From: Desulfobulbaceae bacterium | Lineage (GTDB): Bacteria > Desulfobacterota > Desulfobulbia > Desulfobulbales > Desulfobulbaceae | NCBI GenBank assembly: GCA_027011235.1 | Contig: JALVAI010000088.1 | Location: 11,435 to 35,434, forward strand | DNA: 24,000 nucleotides | Direction: 5' to 3' | Shown: positions 1-8,391 of the stretch, piece after piece | Layout: every line of letters starts with the position of its first letter | How positions within the stretch are numbered: position 1 is the stretch's first letter | Program-made: the position numbers and the translations under genes | Notes under the pieces: model-generated | Databases searched by the model: none | Seen by the model: only the letters and a program-made list of their open reading frames with translations | Told to the model about the DNA's origin: nothing

Positions 1-1
1 C

Positions 2-250
2 CATCCTCTAACCATTACCGGCATAGATATCCTCTTTGATTTTGTTGACGAGGAAAAGAGCATTGAAATCAAGGCTACGGCTGGAATCACCGGTAAAACC
101 GGGGTGGAAATGGAGGCGTTGACCGCTGTTTCGGTTGCGGCCCTGACCATCTATGACATGTGCAAGGCCGTTGACAAGACCATGGTCATATCCGATATTC
201 GTCTGCTCAGGAAAAGCGGTGGCAAGAGCGGGGAATTTGTGCGAAAATAG
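2..250 (+). CDS. moaC: Cyclic pyranopterin monophosphate synthase MoaC, C-terminal part (5' end lies outside the window)
   Basis: Frame 2 is open from the window edge to TAG at 248-250. The translation ...[53 protein letters not shown] closely matches the conserved MoaC C-terminal core as I recall it from E. coli ([27 protein letters not shown]...RLL.KSGGKSG.F). Confidence 0.9.
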   Translation, partial: HPLTITGIDILFDFVDEEKSIEIKATAGITGKTGVEMEALTAVSVAALTIYDMCKAVDKTMVISDIRLLRKSGGKSGEFVRK

Positions 251-371
251 CCCATTACGAGGTGTATTTTTCAGGTTGGGATTGAAATATCATCCATAAT
301 CTTGAATGATTGCCGGATGGATGGTTGGCCAGGAAGGTAGGGATTACAGGAAAAGAAGACCGGAGACGGTT

Positions 372-734
372 ATGAAGGATAATGAGCTGAAAAAACTCAG
401 GCAGCAGCTTGAGGAGATGAAAAAAGACATCTATGCCGATGTCGAAGAGACCCTGTCCGAAATGAACGCCCAGTCCGGGAATATTCCTGATCCCAATGAT
501 CGGGCTACCGTGGAGTCGGACCGCAGTTTTGAACTTCGCCTCAGGGGGCGTGAGCGAAAACTTTTGGAAAAGATCGATGAGGCATTGGCGCGCATCAAAA
601 GCGGCACCTATGGAATCTGTCAGGAATGCGGAGAGAAAATATCCATCAAGCGCCTGGAGGCCCGGCCGGTGGCGGAACTCTGCATAGAGTGCAAGACCTT
701 GCAGGAAAAGCAGGAAAAGGAACAGGGCCGGTAA
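372..734 (+). CDS. dksA: DksA/TraR-family C4 zinc-finger RNA polymerase-binding regulator
   Basis: Coiled-coil-like N-terminal half, then the C4 finger CQECGEKISIKRLEARPVAELCIECK. I prefer ATG 372 (GGAG at 363-366) over the track start at 306, whose extra 22 aa (MIAGWMVGQEGRDYRKRRPETV) look non-native. Confidence 0.85.
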   Translation: MKDNELKKLRQQLEEMKKDIYADVEETLSEMNAQSGNIPDPNDRATVESDRSFELRLRGRERKLLEKIDEALARIKSGTYGICQECGEKISIKRLEARPVAELCIECKTLQEKQEKEQGR

Positions 735-740
735 TCGTAT

Positions 741-1742
741 ATGCCTGAATTACGGAAAGACCCAATCCTTGGCCGCTGGATTATTATTGCCCGGGAACGG
801 GGAAAGCGGCCCACGGATTTTATAATTGAAGATGTCGAGACCAAGGGTGGTTTCTGTCCGCTCTGTCCCGGCAATGAAAAAACCACGCCACCCGAAGTCC
901 TTGTCTATGGACGCGAACCGGGCATGCCGCCCAATTCCTCAAGCTGGCGCCTTCGCGTCGTTCCCAATAAATATCCGGCCCTGGTCATTGAAGGAGACCT
1001 CGACAAACAGGGAGAAGGCCTCTACGACCGGATGAACGGTATCGGCGCCCATGAGGTCATAGTGGAAAGTCCGAGCCATGACGACCGATTTGCCTACCTG
1101 CCCCATGAACAGATGATCCTTACCTTCAGGGCCTTTCAGGAGCGCATTCGCGATCTTGCCAAAGACCCCCGTTTTCGCTATGTCATGGTGTTCAAGAATT
1201 TCGGCAAGGCTGCCGGCGCCTCTCTTGAGCATTCCCATTCCCAGCTTGTGGCCCTGCCGGTGGTGCCGCGCATGGTGGTGTCCGAGCTTGACGGCAGTCT
1301 CTCCTATTTCAAATATAAAGATCGATGTATTTTTTGCGATATAATCCGCCAGGAAATGCAGCAGAATGTCCGTCTTGTCTGCGAGAATGATGAATTTGTC
1401 ACCCTGACGCCGTTTGCGCCCAGAACGCCCTTTGAAATGTGGATCATGCCCCGGCGCCATGACTCTTCCTATATCGAACAGGCCGATCACACCCTGTCCT
1501 CTCTGACTGATATTTTTTCAGAGACCCTGCGCAGGCTTGATGCCTGTATCCCCGGTATACCATATAATTTTGTTCTCCATACCCAACCGCTCAGGTCCAG
1601 TCCGCTTGAGCATTACCACTGGCACTTTGAAATTGTTCCCAAGGTCACCAGTATTGCCGGCTTTGAGTGGGGATCCGGGTTTTATATCAATCCAATGCCC
1701 CCAGAAGATGCCTGCCGGTATCTACGGGAGGTGGAACTGTAG
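741..1742 (+). CDS. galT: Galactose-1-phosphate uridylyltransferase-like nucleotidyltransferase (HIT superfamily, GalT branch)
   Basis: N-terminal ELRKDPILGRWIIIARERGKRP, Zn-site-like FCPLCPGNE, HIT-type active site LEHSHSQLVALP and a second half-domain HYHWHFEIVP. Starts 6 nt after the dksA stop. Confidence 0.8.
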   Translation: MPELRKDPILGRWIIIARERGKRPTDFIIEDVETKGGFCPLCPGNEKTTPPEVLVYGREPGMPPNSSSWRLRVVPNKYPALVIEGDLDKQGEGLYDRMNGIGAHEVIVESPSHDDRFAYLPHEQMILTFRAFQERIRDLAKDPRFRYVMVFKNFGKAAGASLEHSHSQLVALPVVPRMVVSELDGSLSYFKYKDRCIFCDIIRQEMQQNVRLVCENDEFVTLTPFAPRTPFEMWIMPRRHDSSYIEQADHTLSSLTDIFSETLRRLDACIPGIPYNFVLHTQPLRSSPLEHYHWHFEIVPKVTSIAGFEWGSGFYINPMPPEDACRYLREVEL

Positions 1743-1751
1743 GAGGAACCC

Positions 1752-2111
1752 ATGGCTGAAAAAAAAATACTCCTGGTCGATGATGAAGAGGGTATCCAGC
1801 TCTTATATCGGGAAGAATTCGAGGATGAAGGATTTTCCGTTACCTCTGCCTATAATGGAGAAGAGGCGCTTAAACTGTTCAGGGAGGACCCGCCTGACCT
1901 TGTTATTCTTGATATAAATATGCCTGGCATGAACGGTATCGAGGTGCTGCGGCAGATGAAGGAGATGAAGCCCGATCTGCCGGTGATACTCAGCTCCGCC
2001 TACCAGGAGTACAAGCAGGATTTCGGTACCTGGGCCTCGGAAGAGTATATCGTCAAGTCCGCCAATATGGATGAACTGAAAGCGGCGGTCCATAAATATC
2101 TTGATGATTGA
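1752..2111 (+). CDS. Single-domain response regulator (CheY-like receiver only)
   Basis: ILLVDDEE acidic pocket, phospho-acceptor context DLVILDINMPGMNG, conserved Lys in YIVKS. 119 aa with no output domain. AGGAGG lies 6 nt upstream of the ATG and overlaps the galT stop. Confidence 0.88.
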   Translation: MAEKKILLVDDEEGIQLLYREEFEDEGFSVTSAYNGEEALKLFREDPPDLVILDINMPGMNGIEVLRQMKEMKPDLPVILSSAYQEYKQDFGTWASEEYIVKSANMDELKAAVHKYLDD

Positions 2112-2180
2112 CCGCAAGGTCCCATCACCAGCAGCCCTGATGTCTACGCTGTGAGTTTTCCACCCTGCCCCTGTTGACCG

Positions 2181-2927
2181 ATGAAGGATATTCAGAATCT
2201 GCGTGATGACAGGCGGATAAATATCCGCAAGGTCGGGGTAAAGACAATCTCCTACCCGATTACGGTCCTGGACCGGGCAAAACGGGTCCAGCAGACGGTG
2301 GCCACGGTCAACATGTATGTCAACCTGCCGCACAGGTTCAAGGGCACCCACATGAGCCGGTTTGTGGAGATCCTCAACCGGTTTCACGGTCGTTGCAGTT
2401 TTGACGATTTTCATACTATTCTTCAGGAAATGAAGGAGCGGCTCGAGGCAGAGGCCGCCCACCTTGAAATCGAATTTCCCTATTTTCTGCAAACTGATCA
2501 TTCCGGCAGTGATATCGGGGTAGACAGGTATCTGTGCCGCATGCATGGCGCCCTGGAGCAAGATGATGACCTGGTCCTGGAGATAGAGGTGCCAATTCAC
2601 CTGCCCGGCGTAAATATCGGCAGCGGCGAGCTGCCCCGGTCCATGGGGCTCTGGGGCCGGGCATCGGTTGCTGTCCGGTTTTATCACTTTATCTGGATTG
2701 AGGAGTTGATTGAACTGATTGAAGATTCCCTGGCAGAGTGTGTTGTGACGGCCGGTTCAGTGGAGTCTGTCTGCCGCAGTGTCGGCCGTGTTTTAGCCGA
2801 CCATCCTGATATCCGCTGGTTTCAGGTTGTTGTGGAAAATCTTGCCCACGGCTTTTCCATCTTTGCCACGGTATCAGGGGATAAATGTTCCGCTGTTGTT
2901 GAGGATTCAGAGGTGTCTGCCCGCTGA
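2181..2927 (+). CDS. FolE2/MptA-family (GTP cyclohydrolase IB fold) homolog, divergent in the expected catalytic segments
   Basis: The N-terminal half fits the family well (DIQNLRDDRRINIRKVGVKTISYPITV..., FKGTHMSRFVEILN, FIWIEELIELIE). The C-terminal half aligns in register but lacks the motifs I recall for active enzymes (see findings). Confidence 0.7.
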   Translation: MKDIQNLRDDRRINIRKVGVKTISYPITVLDRAKRVQQTVATVNMYVNLPHRFKGTHMSRFVEILNRFHGRCSFDDFHTILQEMKERLEAEAAHLEIEFPYFLQTDHSGSDIGVDRYLCRMHGALEQDDDLVLEIEVPIHLPGVNIGSGELPRSMGLWGRASVAVRFYHFIWIEELIELIEDSLAECVVTAGSVESVCRSVGRVLADHPDIRWFQVVVENLAHGFSIFATVSGDKCSAVVEDSEVSAR

Positions 2928-2973
2928 AACGTATTGGTATCGAAAAATTTTTCCAAGAGAAAGAAGAAAATCA

Positions 2974-5064
2974 ATGAACGAACTGCTGTTTGAAATTGGC
3001 ACAGAAGAAATACCGGCAGGCTATATAGGGCCTGCCCTGAGTTTTATGGAATCTTTTGCCGGGCGGCGTCTGGCCGATCTTGGCCTTGCCCATGGGCGGA
3101 TTTCCACAGTTGGCACGCCCAGGCGTCTGACGCTGATGGTGGAGGAGCTGCAGGACAAACAGCAGGACACAAAGACCGAACATATCGGGCCGGCATACAG
3201 GGCCGCCTTTGACAATGAGGGCAAACCGACCAAGGCCGCTCTCGGCTTTGCCCGTTCCAAAGGGGTTGATGTTGACGATCTGCAGGTGGTGACAACGAAA
3301 AAAGGTGAATATCTGATGCTGGTGGAAGAGGTTCCGGGTAAACCGGCCAGGGAATTGCTGCCTGATCTGCTGCTTGATCTTGTTTGCGAGATTCCCTTCC
3401 CGAAATCAATGCACTGGGCCAATAGTTCACTGGCCTTTGCCCGGCCCCTGCAATGGCTGCTGGCCCTGTATGACGGCAAGGTCATCCCAATTGAAATCGA
3501 GGGGATAACAGGCAATGATCAAACCTGCGGCCATCGGTTCATGGCGCCTGAATTCTTCCCGGTACAGGACAGCGCCGGCTACCTGCAATCCCTGGAAAAA
3601 CATTTTGTTATTGTTGATCCCGCGCGCCGCAAACAGCTTGTAAAGGAGGCCGTGGAAAAGGCGGTTCGGGAAAAAGAGGTCACCAGCAAAGGGCTTGCCG
3701 GAGGCCGCCCCCTGCTTGACGAGGGACTTCTTGATACGGTTACCAACCTGGTTGAGATTCCCTGGGGTGTATGTGGTGAATTTGATGACAAATTTCTTGT
3801 GTTGCCGCGTGAGGCCCTGGTTACATCTATGCGGGAACATCAGAAATATTTTCCGGTGATCAAGGATAATGGTGATTTGCTGCCGTTTTTTGTCGCTGTC
3901 AACAATACGAGAATTGATGATCAGGAGATGGCGGCAAGCGGACATGAACGTGTTCTCCGTGCCCGTCTTGAGGATGGCCTGTTCTTTTTTAACGAGGACA
4001 AGAAGCAGCGCCTCGAGGACCGGTTGCCTAAACTTTCCGGAATTATCTTTCAACAGAAACTGGGCAGCATGGAGGCCAAGAGTGGCCGTATGGCGCACCT
4101 TGCCGGTGTGCTGGCCGATCAGCTGGATCCGTCTGTCAAGGAACATGCGGTCCGGGCGGCCCGCCTGGCCAAGGCTGACCTGCTCACGGAAATGGTGGGA
4201 GAGTTCCCCTCTTTGCAGGGTGTGATCGGCTGTGAATACGCACGCCTCGACGGAGAGCCGGAACCGGTTGCCGTGGCCATTGCCGAGCATTACATGCCCG
4301 TGCGGGCAGGTAGTGAACTTCCCCAGACCCTGGTGGGCGCAATCGTTGGTATAGCCGATCGTCTCGACACCCTGGCCGGCTGTTTTGCCATTGGAGAAAA
4401 GCCGACTGGTAACAAGGACTCTTTTGGTCTGCGCCGCCAGGCAATCGGCCTGATAAATATTATTCGCGGTCTTGATCTGTCCCTGTCCCTGAAAGACATG
4501 CTGACCCGTGCCCTTGCGGGCTATGAAGGGATTGTCGAGACCGATTCCAGGATAGTGGCTGAGGTGGTGGCATTTATTCGGCTTCGTTTTGAAAATGAAC
4601 TGCTTGCCGGCGGTTATGATCAGGATGTCATCAAGGCCGCCACATCGGTTGATTTTGACGATCTGCGGGACTGTCTGCTTCGTATCGAGGCCTTGAAAAA
4701 CATTCGTGGCCGTGAGGCCTTTGTTGTTCTTTCCGGTTCATTCAAACGGATCAGGAATATCACCAAAAAAAATGAAACAACCGATGTGCGTGCAGACCTG
4801 CTGGTCGAGGAGGCGGAAAAAGAACTGCATGAGGTGGTTGAACGGGTGCGCAGCGAGGCGCAGCCGTTGATTGATGCCCAGGACTATGACCGGGCCCTGG
4901 AAGTTCTTTTACAGATGAAGGGGCCGGTGGATCGGTTTTTCGATGAGGTCATGGTTATGGCGGAAGATGAACAGTTGCGGACCAACCGGCTCAACCTGTT
5001 GACCGTCCTGCGGCAATTGGTCCTGCGTATCGGCGATATTTCCCGGATGCATACAGATGATTAG
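2974..5064 (+). CDS. glyS: Glycine--tRNA ligase beta subunit
   Basis: Begins MNELLFEIGTEEIPAGY (canonical GlyS N-terminus), ~696 aa, C-terminal anticodon-binding-like region. The track ORF start at 2827 overlaps the preceding gene and adds a non-homologous 49 aa, so ATG 2974 is preferred. Confidence 0.93.
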   Translation: MNELLFEIGTEEIPAGYIGPALSFMESFAGRRLADLGLAHGRISTVGTPRRLTLMVEELQDKQQDTKTEHIGPAYRAAFDNEGKPTKAALGFARSKGVDVDDLQVVTTKKGEYLMLVEEVPGKPARELLPDLLLDLVCEIPFPKSMHWANSSLAFARPLQWLLALYDGKVIPIEIEGITGNDQTCGHRFMAPEFFPVQDSAGYLQSLEKHFVIVDPARRKQLVKEAVEKAVREKEVTSKGLAGGRPLLDEGLLDTVTNLVEIPWGVCGEFDDKFLVLPREALVTSMREHQKYFPVIKDNGDLLPFFVAVNNTRIDDQEMAASGHERVLRARLEDGLFFFNEDKKQRLEDRLPKLSGIIFQQKLGSMEAKSGRMAHLAGVLADQLDPSVKEHAVRAARLAKADLLTEMVGEFPSLQGVIGCEYARLDGEPEPVAVAIAEHYMPVRAGSELPQTLVGAIVGIADRLDTLAGCFAIGEKPTGNKDSFGLRRQAIGLINIIRGLDLSLSLKDMLTRALAGYEGIVETDSRIVAEVVAFIRLRFENELLAGGYDQDVIKAATSVDFDDLRDCLLRIEALKNIRGREAFVVLSGSFKRIRNITKKNETTDVRADLLVEEAEKELHEVVERVRSEAQPLIDAQDYDRALEVLLQMKGPVDRFFDEVMVMAEDEQLRTNRLNLLTVLRQLVLRIGDISRMHTDD

Positions 5065-5101
5065 AAATTTTGCCGCTGGCTTTCAGCGGGTGGCAACAAT
5101 T

Positions 5102-5138
5102 AAGAAAAAAGCCGCCCATGCCGGGCGGCTTTTTTCTT
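5102..5138. terminator. Bidirectional Rho-independent terminator between convergent glyS and ccsA
   Basis: Perfect 16-nt dyad: aagaaaaaaGCCGCCC (5102-5117), loop atgcc, then GGGCGGCttttttctt (5123-5138). A GC stem is flanked by an A-run on one side and a T-run on the other, so it reads as stem plus U-tract on both strands. Confidence 0.8.
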
Positions 5139-5185
5139 AATTGTTCAAGTTTGGTGCCTGTGAAGGCATTTTGACGAACCGCTTT

Positions 5186-6037
5186 TCAGCTGGCGCCATA
5201 GCTGTGCAGGCCGGAAAGGAGAAAATTGACACCGAAGTAGGTGAAAAATACGGATATAAACCCGATAATGGCCAGCCAGGCGATACGGCTGCCGCTCCAG
5301 CCCCTGGTAAAGCGGGCATGCAGGGTTGAGGCATAGATAAACCAGGTGATAATCGACCAGGTTTCCTTAGGATCCCAACTCCAGTAGGTGCCCCAGGCCT
5401 CATTGGCCCATACCGCGCCGGTGATGATACCGGCGGACAGCCACATGAAACCGAAGATAATGGTTTTATGGGTCAGATCATCAATGACTTTCAATTCGGG
5501 CAGGGAGCCTGTAAAGGAATCCTGCTTCTTTCCCTTTTTGATGCCGGACTTTTTCAGCAGGTACATGAGGCCAAGACCACCGGCCACGGCAAAGGCGCCA
5601 TAGCCGATAAAACAGGTGATAACATGGGCCAGAAGCCAGTTCGACTGCAGGGCCGGCACCAGCGGACTGATCTGCTGGTTGATTCGCTTGGCAAAGGAGG
5701 CGTAGGCCATGGCCGCCACCGCAAAGGGCATGACAAAGGCGCCCACCACCCTGGCCTTGAATTTAAACTCCATAAAAATATAAAACAGGGTGGTACACCA
5801 GGCAAAGAAAACCAGGGATTCGTACATATTGGTGAGCGGCGCATGACCGATTCCCATCTGATAGGATTCCAGCCAGCGCAGGCCAATGGCCGCTGTCTGG
5901 ACGAGAACGCCGATAATGGCAAACCCAAGACCGATGGTGCCGACTTTTTTCTTTTTGAACACCAGCAGGGCAACGTAAAAAACCGCGGAAAGCAGATAAC
6001 AGAGCGTCGTGATGCCAAAGAGTTGTGAGCTGTTCAT
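5186..6037 (-). CDS. ccsA: Cytochrome c-type biogenesis protein CcsA/ResC (System II heme handling)
   Basis: Polytopic membrane protein carrying the tryptophan-rich WWD-type motif WANEAWGTYWSWDPKETWS and conserved His residues. Lies directly downstream of resB. Confidence 0.9.
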   Translation of the reverse strand: MNSSQLFGITTLCYLLSAVFYVALLVFKKKKVGTIGLGFAIIGVLVQTAAIGLRWLESYQMGIGHAPLTNMYESLVFFAWCTTLFYIFMEFKFKARVVGAFVMPFAVAAMAYASFAKRINQQISPLVPALQSNWLLAHVITCFIGYGAFAVAGGLGLMYLLKKSGIKKGKKQDSFTGSLPELKVIDDLTHKTIIFGFMWLSAGIITGAVWANEAWGTYWSWDPKETWSIITWFIYASTLHARFTRGWSGSRIAWLAIIGFISVFFTYFGVNFLLSGLHSYGAS

Positions 6038-6127
6038 TCGTTATTCCATGAAGTTTGATTAATCGCCAAGGGGGCTTCTTTCTTCTGAATCCATAACCTG
6101 ATCTCTCAGAGCAAAAAGGGGGTGAGC

Positions 6128-7519
6128 TCAGGCCATCTGTTGTTGAAACTCATCAACCAATCTGGAAAATACTTTTTCAAAGCCTACCTTATTCTTATGG
6201 GCGCTGCCAGCGAAAATCAGGGTGGTCTGTCCGGCCTCTTCCCGGATAAAGGCGTAAATCTTGCGATGGGACATGAAAAAAGCGACAAAGAGCCCGAAAA
6301 GCATCATCCCGCAGCCAACATAGACAAACCAGACCCCAGGGTCCTTGGTGACCTGGAGACCGGTTGCGTAGAGCTGTTTAACCGTCAGTTCATACTCGCC
6401 TGAGGGCCGTTTGATAATGGCCTTCTGGCCGTTGTTCACCCAGAAGATCGCTGGATCGGCCTGATTGTCGGAGAACCATATCTTTATTCGCTGTACGGCC
6501 TCGCCACGGACCTCCTGGTTGATGATGCCAAAGGAAACAGGCAGTATCTTTGATTTGATTTGTGTGCCGCCACCAATGATCCGGTTCTCTTTCTGATTGG
6601 TCTTTTTGTCCACAAGAACGGTCAGAAAATCCGAATATGGCTGATAGGAAGACTGGTAAAAGGTAATGCCCCTGTAGGTGAGAGGTTTGTTGACCTTGAG
6701 ATCATGGACGGTTGAGCCGTCTTTTAAGGGAACAGGTTTGCCGTTTTCCAGCACGCTCACTTTGGAAAGATAGGTCTTGGGCATGCCGTTTGCGTAGTAT
6801 TCGATGGTAAAATAATTACAGCGAACAGTGAATCCCAGATCTATTTTTTTGCCGTTGGCAAATGAGTAAATGAAATTTGTTTCCCGGCTCTCCGGAATCA
6901 TGATCGAGCCTTTAAAGGCGAACTTTTCGTTATGGAGCACCTTGCGGGCAAAGGTTGGTGAGCCGATAACCGCCCCGATCAGGATGACCAGGATGGAAAG
7001 GTGAACGATATACACACCAAACCTGGTCCACGCACCCCGCTGGGCAAAGAGCAGGATACCGCCGTCCTTTTCTCTTTTTGTGGTTTTCCATCCCCTGCCA
7101 TGGAGATAATCGGTCACTCGCCGGACACTTTGTTCAGGTGGAAGGGGCAGGGCAAGTGTTTTCCTGATCTTCATCCTGGCAAGCTGTTCCGTCTTTATAG
7201 TCAGATTGTCCTTTTTGACCAGCCGGATAACATTGGGGATTCGTTCAAGACTGCAGACAATAAGATTAAGGCTGAAAATTCCCAGGAGGCTGAGGAACCA
7301 CCAGGAATTATACATATCGGTCAGTTCAAGAACCTGGAACAGGTGGGCTGTCTTTTCCCCATATTCTTTGACGTATTGCGCCGCCGGCTGGTTCTGCTGG
7401 ATAACCGTGCCGAATATCGAGGTTGCGGCAAGAATAAAAAGAAGAAAAAGAGCCAGCCTGACCGAGGCAAAGAAGGCCCATACGGGATTTTTTTTTCTAC
7501 TGCTCATGGTATCTTCCAA
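6128..7519 (-). CDS. resB: Cytochrome c biogenesis protein ResB/Ccs1 (System II)
   Basis: N-terminal FASVRLALFLLFILAATSIFGTVIQQ, a large soluble loop, a C-terminal TM (VWFVYVGCGMMLFGLFVAFF), ~460 aa, and pairing with ccsA. Confidence 0.88.
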   Translation of the reverse strand: MEDTMSSRKKNPVWAFFASVRLALFLLFILAATSIFGTVIQQNQPAAQYVKEYGEKTAHLFQVLELTDMYNSWWFLSLLGIFSLNLIVCSLERIPNVIRLVKKDNLTIKTEQLARMKIRKTLALPLPPEQSVRRVTDYLHGRGWKTTKREKDGGILLFAQRGAWTRFGVYIVHLSILVILIGAVIGSPTFARKVLHNEKFAFKGSIMIPESRETNFIYSFANGKKIDLGFTVRCNYFTIEYYANGMPKTYLSKVSVLENGKPVPLKDGSTVHDLKVNKPLTYRGITFYQSSYQPYSDFLTVLVDKKTNQKENRIIGGGTQIKSKILPVSFGIINQEVRGEAVQRIKIWFSDNQADPAIFWVNNGQKAIIKRPSGEYELTVKQLYATGLQVTKDPGVWFVYVGCGMMLFGLFVAFFMSHRKIYAFIREEAGQTTLIFAGSAHKNKVGFEKVFSRLVDEFQQQMA

Positions 7520-7621
7520 AACTGTTGAGGGAAACTCGCTGGCAGCGGGTCATAATTAGCGGCTCTCCCGGATTCGGCAGTTATTCGGCCTTGCGCTCAA
7601 CAGATCCCGACAAGACCGGTT

Positions 7622-7637
7622 GGCAAGACGTTGGCAT
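7622..7637 (+). promoter_or_regulatory. Sigma-54-like -24/-12 element (weak candidate)
   Basis: TGGCAAgacgtTGGCA. The GG (7623-7624) and GC (7635-7636) have the canonical spacing of TGGCAC-N5-TTGCA, with two mismatches. The nearest downstream plus-strand ORF is ~390 nt away, so function is doubtful. Confidence 0.2.
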
Positions 7638-7981
7638 TACTTCATCGTCGCTGGCGGAAACAGGTAAAAAAAAACGACAGGGCATTGTTGTTCTATACTT
7701 GAAGCGCCAAAAAAGGTTCCGGACAATATGCCCTATCAGTGTTCACATTGTGGCATGACCTTTCTTGCTACCACACTCATTTTTCTTTGTCAATTGATGG
7801 CATTGTAAAATCGGGATAAATGACGATATGGGTGTCATGTCATAAAATCAAACCATAACAAATGGTTGCAGGTAAGGGCGCTGTCAATGGAAAGGCTGGC
7901 AATGCCGTCCGCATTTGATGACGGTCGGATAGAGAATCGGGTCAGCATCTGGCAACCTGGTCCTGCCCGCCATGCCGAAAA

Positions 7982-8009
7982 TTGTTCAATGATCATTTAA
8001 TGATAATTT
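7982..8009 (+). promoter_or_regulatory. Candidate sigma-70 promoter with an embedded AT-rich dyad upstream of the 8027 ORF
   Basis: TTGTTC (7982-7987), ~16 nt spacer, then TAATTT/GATAAT (8002-8009). The spacer holds a perfect 10-bp palindrome AATGATCATT (7988-7997) and a second AATGAT (7999-8004). This would give a ~12-nt leader, consistent with the missing Shine-Dalgarno. Confidence 0.3.
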
Positions 8010-8026
8010 AAACTTTTGTCCTTCTT

Positions 8027-8335
8027 ATGTCCTTGATTTCCATTGAATCCCTGCGGCCCCATGTTCTTCGGCTGCTCGCAAAGGCCGATCCACCGTTTGG
8101 CCTGGAGCTGTTATCGTTTAAACGGGACCGCAGCGTTGCCGTGTTCCGCCTGTCAGACCAGAGGTATTTCCTGGTTGAGCACGGGTTTATCAGACAGGAG
8201 CACATTGTTGAAGCCGCCGGCTTATCCCGTCTGTTAAAGGTAATAATAAAACGGGAGTTCCCTCGAAGTCATAAGGTTCGACTGGTCAAAATTTCTGTGC
8301 CGAATGAATTACTGCAAACCCACCAAGGGATATAA
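8027..8335 (+). CDS. Hypothetical protein, 102 aa, no recognisable family
   Basis: The only long ORF in a 1.3 kb gap. The translation has balanced, protein-like composition (MSLISIESLRPHVLRLLAKADPPFGLELL...). There is no Shine-Dalgarno, and I recognise no motif. Confidence 0.4.
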   Translation: MSLISIESLRPHVLRLLAKADPPFGLELLSFKRDRSVAVFRLSDQRYFLVEHGFIRQEHIVEAAGLSRLLKVIIKREFPRSHKVRLVKISVPNELLQTHQGI

Positions 8336-8363
8336 TAGACGATCAGCGCTGAGAGGCACAAAC

Positions 8364-8391
8364 TTTGAAAGATGAATTTTGAAAGATGAAA
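8364..8391. repeat. Tandem direct repeat, 2 x 14 nt (TTTGAAAGATGAAt / TTTGAAAGATGAAa)
   Basis: Read directly from the sequence: 13/14 identical adjacent units just downstream of the 8027 ORF stop. Confidence 0.9.

Noticed and set aside
306-371. Upstream ATG 306 as the dksA start, and similarly 2827 as the glyS start.
   Set aside because: The N-terminal extensions have no counterpart in the families. Start 2827 would overlap the preceding gene by 100 nt. The internal ATGs give canonical N-termini, and ATG 372 also has a nearby GGAG.
1803-2687. 294-aa minus-strand ORF overlapping the response regulator and FolE2-like genes.
   Set aside because: It is antisense to two genes with clear family motifs. 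The translation has no recognisable motif and there is no SD. It is a typical shadow ORF.
3427-4290. 287-aa minus-strand ORF inside glyS, plus the other minus-strand ORFs at 2971-4499.
   Set aside because: They are antisense to a confidently identified full-length glyS, with low-complexity, Arg/Leu/Gln-rich translations.
5468-6028. 186-aa plus-strand ORF and neighbouring ORFs overlapping ccsA.
   Set aside because: They are antisense or out of frame relative to ccsA, which carries the diagnostic WWD motif. The translations are Gly/His/Lys-rich with no motifs.
7525-7758. 77-aa TTG-initiated plus-strand ORF, and a 26-aa ORF at 7729-7809 (MPYQCSHCGMTFLATTLIFLCQLMAL).
   Set aside because: Neither has an SD. 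The first needs a rare start codon and is basic and low-complexity. The second is short, and its zinc-finger-like CxxC is incomplete. Neither can be supported from sequence alone.
7896-7965. Further TGGCA-containing stretches (ctggcaatgccgtccgca, ctggcaacctggtcctgc) considered as sigma-54 promoters.
   Set aside because: The GG-to-GC spacing is off by 1 and 2 nt respectively from the strict -24/-12 geometry.
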